Assembly (NCBI GenBank): GCA_014905635.1
Contig: JABVCE010000002.1
Location: 1,798,001-1,862,000, forward strand
Length of the DNA stretch: 64,000 nucleotides
Reading direction: 5' to 3'
Source of the DNA: Scenedesmus sp. PABB004
Lineage: Eukaryota
A program made the translations under genes and the position numbers. Positions 24,009 through 35,097 of this stretch are shown one piece after another. Positions within the stretch are counted from its first letter, which is position 1. Each line of letters begins with the position of its first letter. The notes under the pieces were generated by a model that worked only from the letters and a program-made list of their open reading frames with translations, did no database searches and had not been told where the DNA came from.

Positions 24009-25082
24009 ATGGCCGCCGCCGGCTTGGCGCGGTGCCTGTCGGGCCAGGGCGCCAGCTGTTCGGGGCGCTGCGAGCCGTCACGACACACCGCTGCGTCGCG
24101 CCCGCCAGCGGCCCGGCAGGCGGGGCTGGGCGGCCTGGCGGAGTCGGGATGCCGTCGCCGCCCTCTGGCAGCGCGCGCGGGCGGCGCCGTGCCCGGCGCG
24201 CCACCGCAGCGAGCGCAGCCGGACCTGCTGCCGTCGGGGGACTTTGCTCGCATCAAAAAGTCGGTGTTTGTGGGCGCGTCGGTGGACCTGAAGGGCTGCC
24301 CGCCGCAGAGCCACCCCGAGTTCGCGGTCATCGGGCGCAGCAACGTCGGCAAGAGCAGCCTCATCAACATGCTCACCCAGAACTCCAAGCTGGCGCGGAC
24401 CAGCAAGGAGCCGGGTGCGCGCGGCGGGCGCGCGGCCGGTCGGCGCTGGCCGCCGGCAGCGGCGGCCGCGCGCCGCGCGCCCCCGCGCGCTCACGCGCCG
24501 GCCCGATGCCGCCCAGGCATGACGAAGACGATCAACCACTACCTCATCAACGACAGCTGGTACCTCGTCGACCTGCCGGGCTACGGGTGCGGGGCGCGCC
24601 GGCGGGCGCGCCAGCCCGGCCGGCAGCGCGCCCCGCAGCGCGGCGCGGCGCAGCGCCCCACGCCGCGGGCGCGGTGCGCCCGGCGCCGCAGGTACGCCAA
24701 AACGGCGGGCAAGGCGGCGCGCGCGGGGTGGCTCGACTTCACCAAGGATTACTTCATCAAGCGCTCCGCGCTCGTGGCGGTGCTGCTGCTCGTCGACGCG
24801 AGCCTGCCGCCGCAGGGCGTTGACCTCGACTGCGCGGCGTGGCTGGCCGAGGCGCAGGTGCCGTTTGCGGTGGTGTTCACCAAGACCGACGCGCGCAAGA
24901 AGGGCGGCCCCGCGCCCGGCGCCAACATGCGCGCGTTCCAGGCGGCGCTGCTGGAGTCCTACGAGACGCTGCCCGACTGCTTCGCGACTAGCGCTGCGCA
25001 GGGCACGGGGCGCAGCGAGGTGCTGAACTACCTCGCCTCGCTGCGCCGCCTGGACGCCACGGCAGGCGCCGACACTGCCTGA
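24009..25082 (+). CDS. engB: EngB/YihA/YsxC ribosome-biogenesis GTPase, organellar
   Basis: PEFAVIGRSNVGKSSLINML (G1), PG|MTKTINHY (G2), LVDLPGYG|YAK (G3), FTKTD (G4) and TSA (G5). Two GT-AG introns. Confidence 0.92.
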   Translation: MAAAGLARCLSGQGASCSGRCEPSRHTAASRPPAARQAGLGGLAESGCRRRPLAARAGGAVPGAPPQRAQPDLLPSGDFARIKKSVFVGASVDLKGCPPQSHPEFAVIGRSNVGKSSLINMLTQNSKLARTSKEPGARGGRAAGRRWPPAAAAARRAPPRAHAPARCRPGMTKTINHYLINDSWYLVDLPGYGCGARRRARQPGRQRAPQRGAAQRPTPRARCARRRRYAKTAGKAARAGWLDFTKDYFIKRSALVAVLLLVDASLPPQGVDLDCAAWLAEAQVPFAVVFTKTDARKKGGPAPGANMRAFQAALLESYETLPDCFATSAAQGTGRSEVLNYLASLRRLDATAGADTA

Positions 25083-25265
25083 CGCGCGCGGGCGGGCCGG
25101 GCCGCAGCGGCGCCAGCCGGAGCTGCGGTGACACGGCTGGAGGGCCGCGACCCTGCGCCCTCGGCGCCCCGGTGCCGCGGCGCAGCGGATTGGCGCCGGG
25201 CGCCACCCTCTGCAGCCGGCGCTGCCAGATCCGCGCGCGCCCGACACGGCATGCGGCGCGCGATA

Positions 25266-27852
25266 CCGCTGCCGCGTGACGCCGTGTGACGTGAGGGCTG
25301 AGCGTTGCCAGCCCCGCCGCCTGCCAGCGCGCGCGCGCGCGCGCAGAGCCGTCTGCGTCGGCGCCCCGCGGCACCGTGCGGTGCGGTCGAGCTGCAGCCG
25401 CGGCGCGGGTGCGTGCGGCTGCCGCCAGGGGCCAAGCCCGGCCTAGTGTCCAACAGGCAGTGTGACACGGCCCCCGCAGCTCCCACCCAGCGGCGCCAGC
25501 TCTGGCAGCGCACACGGAGCGCGGCGGCAGTCGGCGGCCAGTGAGCCAGCGAGCCGCACCGCGCCGCGCTCGGCGCGCGGCGCGCGCGCTCCAGCTCGCA
25601 GGCTGTCCAGCGCCCGGGCAGCACAGCGCCGGCGGCCCCATAGGGCGCCGGGCCGCGGCCGGCGGCGCGCGCGCGGAGAGCAGCGGCAGGCCGGCGGGCG
25701 GTGCGGTTGAGAACCGCTAGCGGTTCCAACCGCCGCCTGCTCGCCCGGGCAATATAGCCGCAATCTCCCCAGGGAGGAGCTCACGCACGTCGCAGACTCA
25801 AGCTGCACGCGCCCCCACCGCTGCCCGACCAGGCCACCCGCCTCCACTACACAATGGCCCGCAAGTGCTTCCTCGCCGCGGCGCTCTGCGTGGCTGGCGC
25901 CGGCCTCCACGCCTTCTACGTGTCCCGCAGAGAGATGTGCCGCAAGGTGGGCGACGCGCCGCGCCCGTCCCGAGGCGGGGAGGCGCGCCGAGCGCGGGAG
26001 GGCCGCCCCCACCGTCCCGCGCGCCGGGCGGCCCTGGTAGCTAGCCCTGCAGTTCGATACAGCTGTCAGCTCACCACGGAAGCGGCGCCTGCGCGCGCGG
26101 AGCCGCTCCGCGGCCGCACGGCGCCGCGCCGCCGGCGAAAATCTCACGGGGCCGCCGGGGCGCGTGCGGCGCCGCCGCGGACCGGCCCGCGCGCCTGAGA
26201 GACGCGCTGTGAGCTCAGACGCCCGCACACGCGCCCGCGCCGCCGCCCGCAGGCATGCCTGGCGCTCCTCGCCGAGCAGCACCAGAGCGAGGTCGCGGAG
26301 CTGACCGAGGCGCCCGCGGCAGAGGACGCGCAGGTGGGTTGCGTGCCGGCGCCGTGCCGGCGCCGGCTCGCCTGGCCGCCGCGTGCGCGCCCGCGCTTGC
26401 ACAGAGGCGTGCCGCGCGCTGCCGCCGCGCGCGGCGCGAGCGCCGCCGACGCCTGCCCCGCGCCGCACCGCCTGCTGCAGGCCCTCGCCGCCGCCGACTC
26501 CGAGCCCCTGAGCGCCGACGCCGACGCGCCCTGTGACACCGCGCCCGCCGACGCCGCGCCCGTCGACGCCGCGCCCGCCGACGTGGGCACGGGCGAGGCG
26601 GCGGCCGCCGCCGCCGGCGACGTTGCGGGCGCGTGTGCGCGGGGCGTCTGCGACGCGCCGGCGGTGGAGGAGGAGGAGGAGGAGGCGGAGGAGGAGGCGC
26701 TGTGCCCGGCGCCCGAGGCGCCGGCGCTGCCGGCCATCAAGGCCCGCGCTGCCGAGCCACGCGCCAACAGCTTCAGCGACGCGCGTGTGCGCAGCGACAC
26801 CTCGCCCGCTGCGCCCAGCACGCCCGCGCGCGGCTCGGACGAGGACGACGCCGGCCACGCGGCGCGCACGCGCGTCTGCTGCACCGTCGGCGCGCAGGGC
26901 GCCCAGGTGACCAGCGCGCCAGCGTGGCCGCGGCTCGGTTGGCCGCCGCGTGCGCGCGCGCGCCGGCCCCACCGCCGCGGCGCCCGACGGCTGACGCCTG
27001 CCCGCACCGCACCGCGCCGCGCGCCTCGCTGCAGGTGCCCGCCGCGGCGAGCTTCGAGCCGCTGCTGGCCAGCGCCGACGCCGCGCCCTGCAACGCCGCG
27101 CCTGCCAACGTGGGCACGGGCGAGGCGGCGGCCGCCGGCGACGTCGAGGCCGCTCGCGCGGTGGTGGAGGAGGAGGTGCTGCGCCGGGCGCCCGAGGTGC
27201 CCGCCGACACCCCCCTCGCCGTCAACACCGTCGCCGTCAAGGCGGCGTACAGCAGCTTCCGCGAGCGCTCGCGCGCGGCCACGCCGCGCCCGCAGCTGCG
27301 CGCAGCACGCCCGCGCGCGGCTCGCCGGAGGACATTGCCGCCTGGAAGGCCAGGATGAACACATGGTGCGGCGACGGCGCGATGGCGCCGAACATCTGAC
27401 ATCTGACGGGCTGGCTGGGGTCGGTGCCGGGGCCGGGGCCGGGGGCTGCGCCGCGGCTGAGCGCTGGCCGGCGGGGCGACGGCGCGAGCGGCGCGTGTGC
27501 GCCGCCGCCACGTGTGTGTGCACACGCCACACTGCGCGCTCTGCACATGACTGGAGAATAAACTCGACTTGACTGGAGAAAAAACAAATAAAGCCGTCCT
27601 CGCTCGGGACGGGAGGGGGCTGCGGCGCCTGCTGGCTCTCGCCTCCCGCCGTGTGCAAGGTCGCGGCTGCTCTGGCGGCGCAAGGCGGCTGGCGCCTTGC
27701 ACCTCTTTCCTGGTTCTGCGCGCGCTCTCTGCAAGGGCGCTCAGCGGGCTGCGACATGCCCGCTGGGCATGGCTGCAACAAGCCTGCCTTGGTTCTGCTG
27801 CCGCGACTGGCGGTGGTTTAGGGCAGCGCGCGCGAGCTGTGAGGTGCAACAT
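25266..27852 (+). repeat. Copy B of the inverted segmental duplication (partner at 8422-11458)
   Basis: Near-identical to the reverse complement of 8422-11458, except that one exon+intron module is missing and there are small indels. Confidence 0.95.
25854..27399 (+). CDS. Orphan modular protein, copy B (two modules; frameshift near the 3' end, possibly decaying)
   Basis: Exons 25854-25946, 26253-26333, 26481-26906 and 27035-end. A 1-nt deletion at ~27265 (cgc gag cgc versus cgc gac gcg in copy A) ends the frame at TGA 27358 instead of the homologous ...APNI-TGA at 27399. Confidence 0.6.
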
Positions 27853-28368
27853 GCCCACCTGGCCCTGCCCCCGCTGCGGCCGGCCGGTGGTGGCGGCGGC
27901 CCCTGCAGCTCTCACGCAGCGGTCAGCTGCTCCCCCAGCCTCGACGCCCGGAGGCCAGGCGCCGCAGTGCGTTGACGCAGGCCACCCTCTGCAGCCGGCG
28001 CCTGCAGCGCGGCCCGGCGCGCCGTGGCGGGCGGGGGGAGGAGCGCCTGGCGCTGCTGGCAGGGGCAGGGGCCGGTGCTGGCCGCGGTGCGCGGGGCTGT
28101 GGGCGCGCCGGGGCGGCGCACAGAAAGTGACAGGTGCAAGCAGGTTCAACTTTTTTCGAATCCCCAACGGCCCCCTGCCCAATCGCCTGGCCCACCCGCC
28201 GCGCGCCCACTCTCCAGCGACCGTGCGACCAGTCGCCTGTGGCCTGACCGTCCGGCGAGCGCTCCCGTGCCGCCCGCCACAGCCCCGCGAGCTCGCTGCT
28301 GCTGCTCCGCCGCCCGCGCCCGATCCGCGGCGCCACCATCCCCTGCCGCCCACCCCCGGCTCGGCACG

Positions 28369-30270
28369 ATGTCGCTGATCGCGCCAAGCCCGCTGTCGGC
28401 CTTTGAGCAGGAGCGCCTGGACCGCATCGCCGAGAACAGACGGCGCATGGGTGCGCCCCCCTGCCCGGCGCCCCTGGGGCTCGGCGCGCCGCCGGCGGCG
28501 CCGCACCTGATCCCCCCGCCCCGCCCACAGAGGAGATGGGCGTGCTGGACACCGCGCGCGACCTGATGAAGGCCCTGCGCCCCGTGAAGCCGGCCATCGC
28601 CAAGAAGCCCCGCGCGCCGAGGGTGCGCGGCCGCCCGGCGCCGCCGATCGCCCGCCTCCGCGCGCGCGCGCCTCTCACCGCCCCCCGCCCGCCCTGCGCC
28701 CCGCAGCAGCGCCGCCCCAAGCGGCGCCACCAGCCCGTTCGGCGCTCGCGGCGCCTGGACGGCACGGGCACCGAGTTCACCGAGCTCGAGCGCGAGGAGG
28801 TGGTCACCTACTCCGACTTTGAGTCCGGCCTGGATGACATCCTCGCGGGTGCGCCGGGGCGGGGGCGCGTCAACGGTCAATCGCGCCCTCCGCGCCCCGC
28901 CCGCCCCGCCTGCGCGCCGCGCCGCCCGCGCGCCCCGCTCCACGCCCGCCCCGCGCGCCCCTGACGCGCCCCACGCCGCGCCGTGCTGCGCCGCGCAGAC
29001 TGCGGGGAGATCGAGAGCATGCCGGCTGAGAAGCAGGAGGCGTTCCAGGAGATGCGCTGCGCCTCCACCAGCCGCGGCACCATGTACGACAGCGTCGTGG
29101 GTGAGCCCGACGGACGCGCGACGCGACGCGACGCGCGGCGCGGCGACCGCCCCCAACCGCCGCTGGCCCAGCGCAGCCTGGCGCGCGGCGCCCGCGCGGC
29201 CCGCCGATGCGCCGCCGACGCTCACCCGCGCCCCGCCGCCGCGCGCCCCGCCGCCCGTGCCCCGCAGGCATCACCTGCCACTTCTGCCGCCAGAAGAAGC
29301 TGTGCGGCGAGGAGGGCTGCCCGCGCTGCAGCCGGCGCAGCACGACCGCCGAGTGCATCGGCAAGTCGGACTGCGCGCGCTGCCAGGGCGCGACGGGGCG
29401 CTTCTGCCGCGCCTGCCTGCTCCTGCGCTACGGCCAGACCCTCGAGGTGCGCGGCGGGGCGCGGCGGCCTTCGCGCGCCCGGCGCGCGCCGCGCCCCGCC
29501 GCCGCGCGCGCCGCGCCCCGCCGCGCCGGCCCGCGCGCCGACCCGCCCGCCCCGCCGCGCCGCGCGCCGCGCCGCAGGACGTGCGCAAGGAGATGGCCGC
29601 CGGCACGTGGCTCTGCCCGCACTGCTACGAGGACGAGCACCCCGAGGAGGGCTGGATGTGCAACAGCTCCATCTGCATGAAGCGCCGCGGCTTCAAGCCC
29701 ACCGGCATCGCCATCTACGACGCGCAGCAGCGCGGCTTCCCCAGCGTCGCGCACTGGCTGCAGGCGCAGCTCAAGCGCCGCGGCGTCGCGGCGGTCAAGG
29801 CGGGCGACACGGGCGACGACGAGCCCGCGCCGCGCGGCGCGAGCTGCAGCCAGGGCTCGAGCCAGGGCTCCAACAGCAGCGACAAGGAGGGCGAGGCCGC
29901 CGCGCCCGCCGTGGCGAGCGCGCCGCGCGCCACTAGGGCCGCCGCCAAGGTGTCGTCGCCCGCCGCGGCGGCCAAGGCGCCCGCGGCCGCGGCCAAGCCG
30001 CCCGCGGCGGCCAAGCCGGCGGGGCGGCGCGCCAAGGGCGCGCCCGCCCCCGCCAGCTCCTCCGGCGCGGCCGCCTCGGCGGCCGCCGACGCGGTGCAGG
30101 CGCCCGGCACGCCCGGCCGCGGCGCGGAGAGCGCCGAGCCCGGCTCGGGCGGCCGCACGACGCGCGCCGGCGCCAAGGCCGCGCCCGCGCCGGCCGCCGC
30201 CGCCGCCAAGCGCGCGTGCGTGGGCGAGGCCGCCAACGCGCGCCGCAGCCTGCGCTTTGCGCGCAAGTGA
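28369..30270 (+). CDS. CDCA7-like zf-4CXXC_R1 zinc-finger protein
   Basis: N-terminal LSAFEQERLDRIAENRRRM and PVRRSRRL. Zinc finger YDSVV|GITCHFCRQKK...CARC..GRFCRACLLLRYGQ...WLCPHC...CNSSICMKRRGFKPTGI...GFPSVAHWL. Confidence 0.88.
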
Positions 30271-30801
30271 GGGCGCCGCGGCGCACGGAGACCTCTCGAC
30301 CGACCCCTCTGACAGCTGCCCGCTGGCTGGCTGCGCGGGCAACGCTGTTTTGCCACCCGCGTGCGCGCTGGCGGAGCCCGTGACCCCCTCCTGACGATGA
30401 CAAGCTCCCAGCACTGCAACCCCGATTTGATGATGATGACCCAGCGGCGGCCGTGATGTGCGCGCTGCGCGAGCGAGCGAGGGGACGGCCCGGCGCGTTT
30501 GATGATATAGGTCAGCTGACGCCTCCAAGTCTTGCAGGCGGCTGGGCGGCGGCGGCGGCGGCGGCGGCGTTCGAGCGCCCGCAGCGGCAGCACCACCCAA
30601 CGCTCCCAGCGGTGCTGAGATGCACCCAGCGCGGCGTGGCGGGCGCGCGAGTAAGCGATGCTGGCGGTGTGAGGTCGGCCAACAGCACCGCGATTGCCGC
30701 GCAATGACAACTCGAGCCCCCCGTGCCGCTCTGCCCGGCCGCACGCGGAGCCTGCCGCCGCCGCCGCTCGCGCGCCCGACACTCGTGAGCGCCCGGCCGT
30801 G

Positions 30802-31857
30802 TCACTTGGCCTTGGCCGCCGCGGGCGCCTTGGGGTCGAGGCTGCTCATCTGGATGCCCTTGTTCAGCTGCACGATGTCCCAGTTGAGCTTGGCCGCGAT
30901 CGTCACCCACACCTGAGCGCGGCCCGCCGCGGCGGCGACGCGGGAGCGGAGGGGTCGGCGGCCGCGGCGGCAGCGGCGGCAGCGGCAGCGGCGGCGGCGG
31001 CGGCGGGGCCGGCCCCGCCGCGTGCGCGCCGCCGCGCCCGCGCCGCGCTGCGCCGCTGCCGCGCGCGCGCGCGCGCCTGCGTCGGCGCGAAGAGCGCGGC
31101 CGCCAGCGGCGAGACGCGCGCAAAGGCGGCGATGGAAGCCGCGATCGTAGCCCAGAATGCGCCCATCCAGCGCGTGCTGGCCTCCATCTCGCGGCGGCCG
31201 AAGAAAACGACATTCCACGCGTTGCCGAGGAAGAGGTGCGCGGCGAAGAGCCCGACCGGCAGCGCCGCCTCGCGGCGCCCGCCCGCCTGCTTCACGACCA
31301 GCCACAGCGCCGCGGACTGCAGGACCTGCGGGCGGCGCGGGTCCGGGCGAGGCAATGGCGGCGGCGCGGCGGCGCGCGGGCCCGATGGGCCTGCAGCGCC
31401 CGCGGCCCGGGAGCGGCCCGCCGCCCACCTTGAGCGGGATCCACACCGCAGGGAACACCCAATTGGGTGGCGTCCACGTGGGCTTGTTGATGGCCTTGTA
31501 CCAGCTCGCATCGTAGGTCGGCACCTGCGGCGGCGGGCCGGCGAGCGGTCGCGCACGGCGCCGCTCGCGCCGCCGCCGCCGCCGCTGCAGCGCGCCGCCG
31601 CTCGCGCACCAGCTTCTGCACGCCGAACACCAGGGCGCCCGAAGCCGCGAGGCCGAGGTCCGCCCTGCAGCGGGGAGCGAGGAGCGCGGAACGAGGAGGG
31701 CGGCGGGCGGCTGTCAGCGGCAGCAGCAGCGGCCGGTGCCGCGGCGGAGCGCGCGCGCAGAGGCCAGGGCTGCCACGCCGCCCATGCACGCGCAGCGACT
31801 GAGAGACCTCGGCAGGTTGCGCAGCTCACGGCCCAGGGACTCGAGGATCGACGGCAT
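30802..31857 (-). CDS. TSPO: TspO/MBR tryptophan-rich sensory protein (start codon uncertain; alternative ATGs at 31965 and 31785)
   Basis: WYKAINKPTWTPPNWVFPAVWIPLK|VLQSAALWLV, HLFLGNAWNVVFFG and AALFAPTQ|VWVTIAAKLNWDIVQLN. Confidence 0.88.
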
Positions 31858-32143
31858 CTCGGCGCCGCCCGGTGCTGCCGCGGCGGGCTGCTCTGCGCTG
31901 CTGGCTGTGGGAGGGGCGCAGGCGGGGGCCGACACACTCAACGCGTGGGAGGTGCCGCCGTCCATGATTTTGGCGCGCAGCCCTGCGCTCGCGCGCCGCT
32001 AAGCCCTGCACCGCCGCCGTGCGCTCGCTCGGCGCGCGCATTTACCGCTGCGCGGCGCTCGCTCTCTCGCTCTCAATCGCCGCCACGCAAAAAAAATAAA
32101 TCCCGCCCACCAGAGTTTCTCCGCCGCGCCGTCGCCGCCGCGC

Positions 32144-32662
32144 TCAGCTGCCGTCGGCGAGGCTCAGCGTCGCCGCGCGCTCCGCGAGGGTCACCTGCAG
32201 CGCGACGTCCGCCTGCTGCGCCCGCGGCACGAGCACCATGCCCAGCTGGTTCAGCGCCGGCGAGCCGCAGGGCTGGCCGCCGCCGCCGCCCTGGCCGCTG
32301 CTGCCCTGGCCGCCGCCCTGGCTGCTGCTGCTGGTGTGCTGCTGCGCGCCGCCGGGGTTGATGTGCTCCACCGCGTTGCTCAGGATGAGGTTGCCCTGCT
32401 TGTCCAGGCAGGCTAGGTCGCCCTCGATCACGCGCCCGCTTGGCAGCGAGACCTGCGCGGGCGCGCGGGGCGTGGGCGGCGCCGGCTCGCACCGCAACCC
32501 AGGCGGCGGCGAGCGCCGCGCCGTCCGCGGGCGCGCCTTGAGGCGGCGGTAGAGCAGCTGCCGCACGCGCTCGACGTTGGGCTGCGGCCGCGACGGCTGC
32601 GCCGGCTGCTGCTCCGGAGCCGCCGGCACTGCTGCCGGCGGCGCTGCCGTCGCCGTCGCCAT
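32144..32662 (-). CDS. Sm-like (LSM) protein, NatC auxiliary subunit NAA38/Mak31-like
   Basis: VRQLLYRRLK|VSLPSGRVIEGDLACLDKQGNLILSNAVE...LGMVLVP gives Sm1 and Sm2 motifs. One GC-AG intron. Confidence 0.8.
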   Translation of the reverse strand: MATATAAPPAAVPAAPEQQPAQPSRPQPNVERVRQLLYRRLKARPRTARRSPPPGLRCEPAPPTPRAPAQVSLPSGRVIEGDLACLDKQGNLILSNAVEHINPGGAQQHTSSSSQGGGQGSSGQGGGGGQPCGSPALNQLGMVLVPRAQQADVALQVTLAERAATLSLADGS

Positions 32663-33112
32663 GCGGTACTGCTGCTGCTGCTGATTCGATGAACGGCAGT
32701 GCGCGGGCGTTGAACGCCAATGACGCCGCGCCGGCGCGCCGGCGGCCTCGGCGGCGCAGCGGCCGGGCAGCCGCGCGGCCGCTGTTCTGGCCTCAAACCT
32801 GCGCCTGGCTCGGCCCAGCTGACCGACGCGCCCAGCGCGCCACAGTCCGCTGACGCCGACCGAGCGAGCGCTGCCAGCCCGTCGCCCCGCGCCGGCGCCT
32901 GGTCCACACGCGCGCTCGCGCCGTCGCTGCCGGCGCCGCGGATGCGCACGTCGCGTCCGGCAGCCCCCAGGCGAGCGCCAGAGCGGGGTGCTGAGCTTGT
33001 CCTACACGCACGGCCGCTCACCGCCTGCCGCCGCCGCCGCCCGCTGCCGCCCGCCCACCAGGGGCGCCGCCGCCGGCGCGGCGCGGCGCCGCGCCGCGCC
33101 CGCGCGCGCGCG

Positions 33113-35097
33113 ATGCGCTGCCTGCGCGCCGCCGCCGGCGCCGCGCGCACCGGCGTGCGTGCGCTGGCGTCAGCGTCGTCAGCGTCGCCAGCGCCAACGC
33201 CCGCCGCCGACGCGGGGACGACCGCGGACGCGGAAGCGGCGGCGGCGGAGCGCGCGCTGACGCTGCAGCGGCGCTGGTTCGAGGAGAGCCCAGTGTACTA
33301 TTCGAATTACCCGCTGGACCGGGCGGCGGAGGCCCGGCGGGACCCGGAGCGCGTGGCGGCCTGGTTTGGCGCGCCCGACGCGCGCGTGACCCCCGTGGAC
33401 GGCGGCCGCGTCCTGGTGCGGGACGTGGAGCAGCAGGCGCAGCAGGCGCAGCAGGCGCAGCAGGCGCAGCAGGCGCAGCAGGCGCAGCAGGCGCAGCAGG
33501 CAGGCGGCGACTGCTCGGGCGCCGACGGCCACGCCGCGCCGGGCGTGGCGGCGCCGCGCCTGGCGCCCGTGTGGGCGTGCCCGGCGGCCGCGCTCGGCGC
33601 CGAGCTGGACGGCCGCGTGCCGCCGCTGTTCCTGGGCCTCGACCCCGACAGCGGCGCGCCGCACTTTGCGGTGCAGGTGTCCCGCGGCGGCGCCGGCGCG
33701 CTCGCGGACGCGCTCGGCGCGCGCTGGGAGTCGGCGCGGGCCGCGGGGCCGGAGCTCTCGCGCGGCGACGCGTCGCTCCTCGCCACCGCGGCGGGCCTCG
33801 CGGCGTGGAACCTCGACGCGCAGCACTCGGGCCGCGCCGGCGCGGCGACGGCGCCGCGCGACGGCGGCTTTGCGCGGCGCTGCACCGCGTCTGGCGCGTC
33901 GCTGTACCCGCGCGTGGACCCGGCCATCATCACGCTCGTCACTGCCGGCCACGACCACTGCCTGCTCGGCCGCAAGCCCGAGTGGCCGCCGGGGCGGTAC
34001 AGCACGCTCGCGGGGTTCCTGGAGCTGGGGGAGAGCCTGGAGCAGGCGCTCGCGCGCGAGGTGCTGGAGGAGAGCGGCGTCGCGGTGGAGCTCGCGAGCG
34101 TGCGGTACGAGGCGAGCCAGCCGTGGCCGTTCCCGCGGAGCCTGATGGTCGGCTTTTACGCGGCCGCCGCTGAGGCGACGTCCGGCGACGCGCGCGACGC
34201 GACCGCCCACCTGTCGCACGAGGGCCGCATGGCCATGATTGACACCGGCCTCACGTGAGACGGCCGGCTGGCGGCAGCACACGCGGGCGTTCGCCGCCTC
34301 GGCCACAGCGCGGCAGCACGCGCGGCCTGGCCTGGCTGCAGCCCGCACGCCCCGCCGCGCTCGCCGCCGCAGGCCGGCCGAGGTCGCCGACGCGCTGGGC
34401 GACGCGCGCTACCTGCAGCGGCCGGTGCCGCAGGAGGGGGAGCTGGAGGACGTGCGCTGGTTCCACAGGCGCGGCGCGGCGCTGCGTGGCGGCGCTGCGC
34501 GGCGGCGCACGGTTCCGTGCATGGCCGAGCGGCGGCGCCGCGCCCCGCCGCGCGCGCAGGGACTGGCTGCGCTGGGCGGTCGATCAGGGCGCCGACCCCA
34601 GCCTCGGACCCAGGGTGTCCCCTGCGGCGTCGCCGGAGGGTTTTGTGATCCCAGGGCCCTACTCGCTGGCGCACCGCCTCATACGGGGCTGGCTGGACAG
34701 CGCCAACGGCGGCGCGGCCGATGCGCGCGCCGCCCCCTTTGGCGCGGTGCCGCAGGTCGCGATCGACCCGGGGGTGCAAAAGTATGTGCTGCTGCGCGTC
34801 AGTGACGCGGCGGGCTCCAGCAAGCTGCTCGTGCGCGGCGCGGCGGCGGCGCCGTTCCACAACGACGTCCTGCAGGCGGCCAAGGCCCAGCTCGACGCGG
34901 TCTTCTCGCGCGGCCACGGCCTGCGCGTCGAGGTGCTCGGCGGCGGCCGGCTGGAGCACGACCCCGGCGCCCGGCGCGTGGCTGTGTACGGCTACTCCGC
35001 CGCGTTTGGGCCCGCGGTGCACGAGGTGACGGCCGCGCTGGTGCGGCGCTGGGCCCCGCTCTATGATGACGTCACCTGCTCATACCAGGGCTACTAG
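33113..35097 (+). CDS. NudC-type NADH pyrophosphatase / NAD-cap hydrolase fused to a C-terminal Janus/Ocnus (PHPT1 phosphohistidine phosphatase) domain
   Basis: NudC part: [81 protein letters not shown]. Then in frame [18 protein letters not shown]...LVRG...FHNDV...VLGGGRLEH...[16 protein letters not shown]...SYQGY*. Introns at 34256-34372 and 34469-34559. Confidence 0.88.

Noticed and set aside
8422..27852. Whole 19-kb block as a giant transposon with long terminal inverted repeats
   Set aside because: The interior holds only housekeeping genes. There is no transposase, integrase or polymerase and no outer TSD, and the arms are a spliced gene rather than typical TIRs.
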